Source: Nemertoderma westbladi
Taxonomy: Eukaryota; Animalia; Xenacoelomorpha
Direction of reading: 5' to 3'
Length of the DNA: 50,163 bases
NCBI GenBank assembly: GCA_032718475.1
Contig: JAUCBJ010007127.1
Span: 1-50,163 of the forward strand
Shown in pieces: positions 47,351-50,163 of this stretch (positions are counted from its first letter, which is position 1; every line of letters begins with the position of its first letter). The translations under genes were made by a program, and so were the position numbers. The notes under the pieces were generated by a model, which saw only the letters and a program-made list of their open reading frames with translations, did no database searches and had not been told where the DNA came from.

Positions 47351-47497
47351 ATAGGTCATGATTAGAAATGGAGATCAAATTAACTAAATAAATGAATACG
47401 AGTCCATGTTCTCTATAACGAATACAAGTAAACGTTTTCTGATACATAAACGTCTAAAACTGTTGCGGGTCCTTACGCCCTCTCGCCTCTGATCCTA

Positions 47498-47611
<114 letters not shown>

Positions 47612-48861
47612 CTAAAATATCGTAGAGGCCTTCAGTTATGATTCGCTGGTTCCCAATATTACACTAATATTATTATACTACTATATTATTATACTAAAAT
47701 TAAAATTAAAATATGCGACCAACTTGCGCTTTTATATTAATGGCGACACAAAATCATCAATGATGGTAGTTTGAACATCAACGATTTACTATATACTCCC
47801 AGACGAGGTTTAGTGGAAAACTTAAATTAACTTAAAATCATTTATTTCACAACCCACAGAGTCATCTATATCATAGGATTCAATTTTATTCGTGTGGGTT
47901 TTCTAATTGACATTATAATGATAACATCCACCGCTAAATGAATGCGATGATCGTTGAATTAACATACAGTAGAACATCATCTCTAATGAATTATTATTGT
48001 AATTTGAAACTAAATCCTCTCGGGAAGCTGCAGATACCAAAGAAAAGCTATCCAATCCACCTTTATAAATATTTTGTAAAAAAAACGCAATTAAGTTTGG
48101 GATTAAGAATGAGATAGTATAGCTCTAGGCTACAGTGCCAGTACTCGACTCTCACTCTATGCATGCCTATATAATATGGTGTATTATATATCCCTAGACG
48201 ATATAATACTGTGTTTCTGATTAAAATTGTTAGTAAGTCGGTCAACTTGGATTACAGAACAGCTAGGGAAATCATTAAGTTCTAAATTATAATTACTATG
48301 TGGATAATGTAAGAAGAATCACGTTTAAATTACATGAATTATATGAAAAATTTACAAAACGTCAGAAGGGCAAGGAATACTTAGGACCCACTTGGCATAG
48401 TTGTCAATCCGTTATCTTGAATTCACATCCTATCCGAGAACTACTAGGAAGCCAAGGTAGTGTTCGTTTCGGCAAGAATGCTTTAAAAGGACTAGCCATA
48501 TCGATTATAATATGCCTAGCATCCTTAAATGGTATTTATGGTTGATAAATGATTACCAGTTTAATTTGTAGATTATAAGTCTGTGTCTGGGCGGTCCGCA
48601 TTGGAAAAAATTCGTAACACTTTGTGCGTAATCCCTGGCCTATCGCCGAAGACTTGAATTTCACTCTACTTAACATAGTACATTCATTTGGTAAGAATAG
48701 GATATTGAGCTCACTGCTAAGTGTAATACCGTTTACCAAACCAGTTTCGGTAGAATCCAGATCGATGTCCACCACACAAGGTGTACAAATGTACATCCTC
48801 CATGTAATATATTGTGAGTTCGAGGCAAAACTCGGTGGTGGTAAGTATTTTATATTACAGG

Positions 48862-49592
48862 CTGGTTATTGGTCGCGGCTTTGGATTATTGTGACACAGA
48901 AGCTCAGGTACTCTTACCAGATGGTATAACTGATTTCTTCTCAATCCTGGCTGATATACTACAAGGTGACACATTGTCACCATCACTATTTGTAATTGTG
49001 CTGGATTACGCAATGAGGACGGCCAGAAAGGGTGGAGATCTGGGATTCACACTACAAGAACGCAGAAGTAGTAGATATCCGGCAACTACAGTCACCGACA
49101 CCGATAATTTGCGGATGACATCGCCCTGTTAATGGAAGCCTGACATCAATAATAAGCAACCAAAGAATGATGAACACTTTAAGTACCTTGGGTCATTAAT
49201 AGAGAGCAGCAGAAAAGGCATAAAGCTAGGGTAGCTCTATCAAAAATGGTTATGATTTGGAAATCAGACCTATTTCGTCAGAAGATCAAGTTCTTTCGAG
49301 CTCAGTGGAAAGTGTACTTTTATACGGGAGTGAGACCTGGACACTGACTAAATCACTTGAACAACGAATTGATGGTTGCTACACAAGACTACTAAGGGCA
49401 GCCCTAAATTTCAGCTGGAGACAACGCATGACAAACGCCGAGCATTATGGTACAATACCACCTGTATCAACCACCCTCCGTGAACGCAGATTAAGATTCA
49501 GTGGGCACTGCTGGCGAAGTAAAGACGATGTCATACCAGATCTACTTTTCTGGCAACCAACTCATGGAAAGCGTAGTCGTGGACGACCGACT
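48862..49592 (+). mobile_element. RTE-clade LINE fragment (family A), RT core to C-terminus, degraded
   Basis: LQGDTLSPSLF; SVESVLLYGSETWTLT..RRLRFSGHCWR..RSRGRP. Confidence 0.88.
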
Positions 49593-50163
49593 AATTAATT
49601 GGTAGGTGATTGAAAGCCTTTTTTAATAATATTAACTTTAAAATGTAAGTATAATATGAATCTGAGATTGAGAAAAAATCCTGACCATAATAAATCTGAC
49701 CAATAAAATATTAAAGATTTATGAATGTTATTTTTAGTCAAGTTTATGCAACACCAAAGTGGCCATTCCCATACAGAAAAATGTTAAAAACTTCGAATAA
49801 TGTTATATATAATATGTCATATTAATATACCATAAAAATAATATTAATAATGCTGATATACGGCATGTTAATTTAAATAATAACATCGGTACTGACTCAA
49901 TTATTCATAATAATATTTACAACTCACTTGAATGTTGCTATAAGATATACGCAAAATTAGCGCTTTATTTCATTATGCCATAATATAATGGAAATATTAA
50001 TAAATATCTAATAAATTAGTCCAGTTAAGATGAGTCTCATACTGTAGCAGTACAATATATGTCTTATAAGCAACTTAATCTTAATCGCTATAAATTGAAT
50101 TTGAATTACTAAGTTGCCATTCTCCAATTAGTTCTATTGGATAATTATGTCGACAATAAGTAT

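Overview
AT-rich, intron-containing animal (invertebrate-type) genomic DNA, not prokaryotic. Host content: two + strand exons encoding KH1 of a PCBP/hnRNP-E/mub-family protein (18.0-19.6 kb); two intact minus-strand type II transmembrane fibrinogen-domain (FReD) ORFs; one truncated FReD; RTE-type and R2-like LINE fragments; a Kolobok-like non-autonomous DNA transposon; minisatellites. The main object is a 15,062-bp Polinton/Maverick-type element (25019-40080). It has 872-bp terminal inverted repeats starting AGTAGT and an exact 6-bp target-site duplication (CATTCA). It encodes an intact protein-primed DNA polymerase B, but I see no integrase, capsid proteins, packaging ATPase or adenain protease. 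It instead carries what looks like a small transcription/ssDNA-handling kit: a TBP-fold protein with no ATG at its start that appears to need splicing, a 569-aa protein with PC4-like repeats, an acidic/aromatic protein with an LC8-type TQT motif, and clusters of Pol III B-box-like motifs. All fold assignments are by-eye motif alignments; no searches were run.
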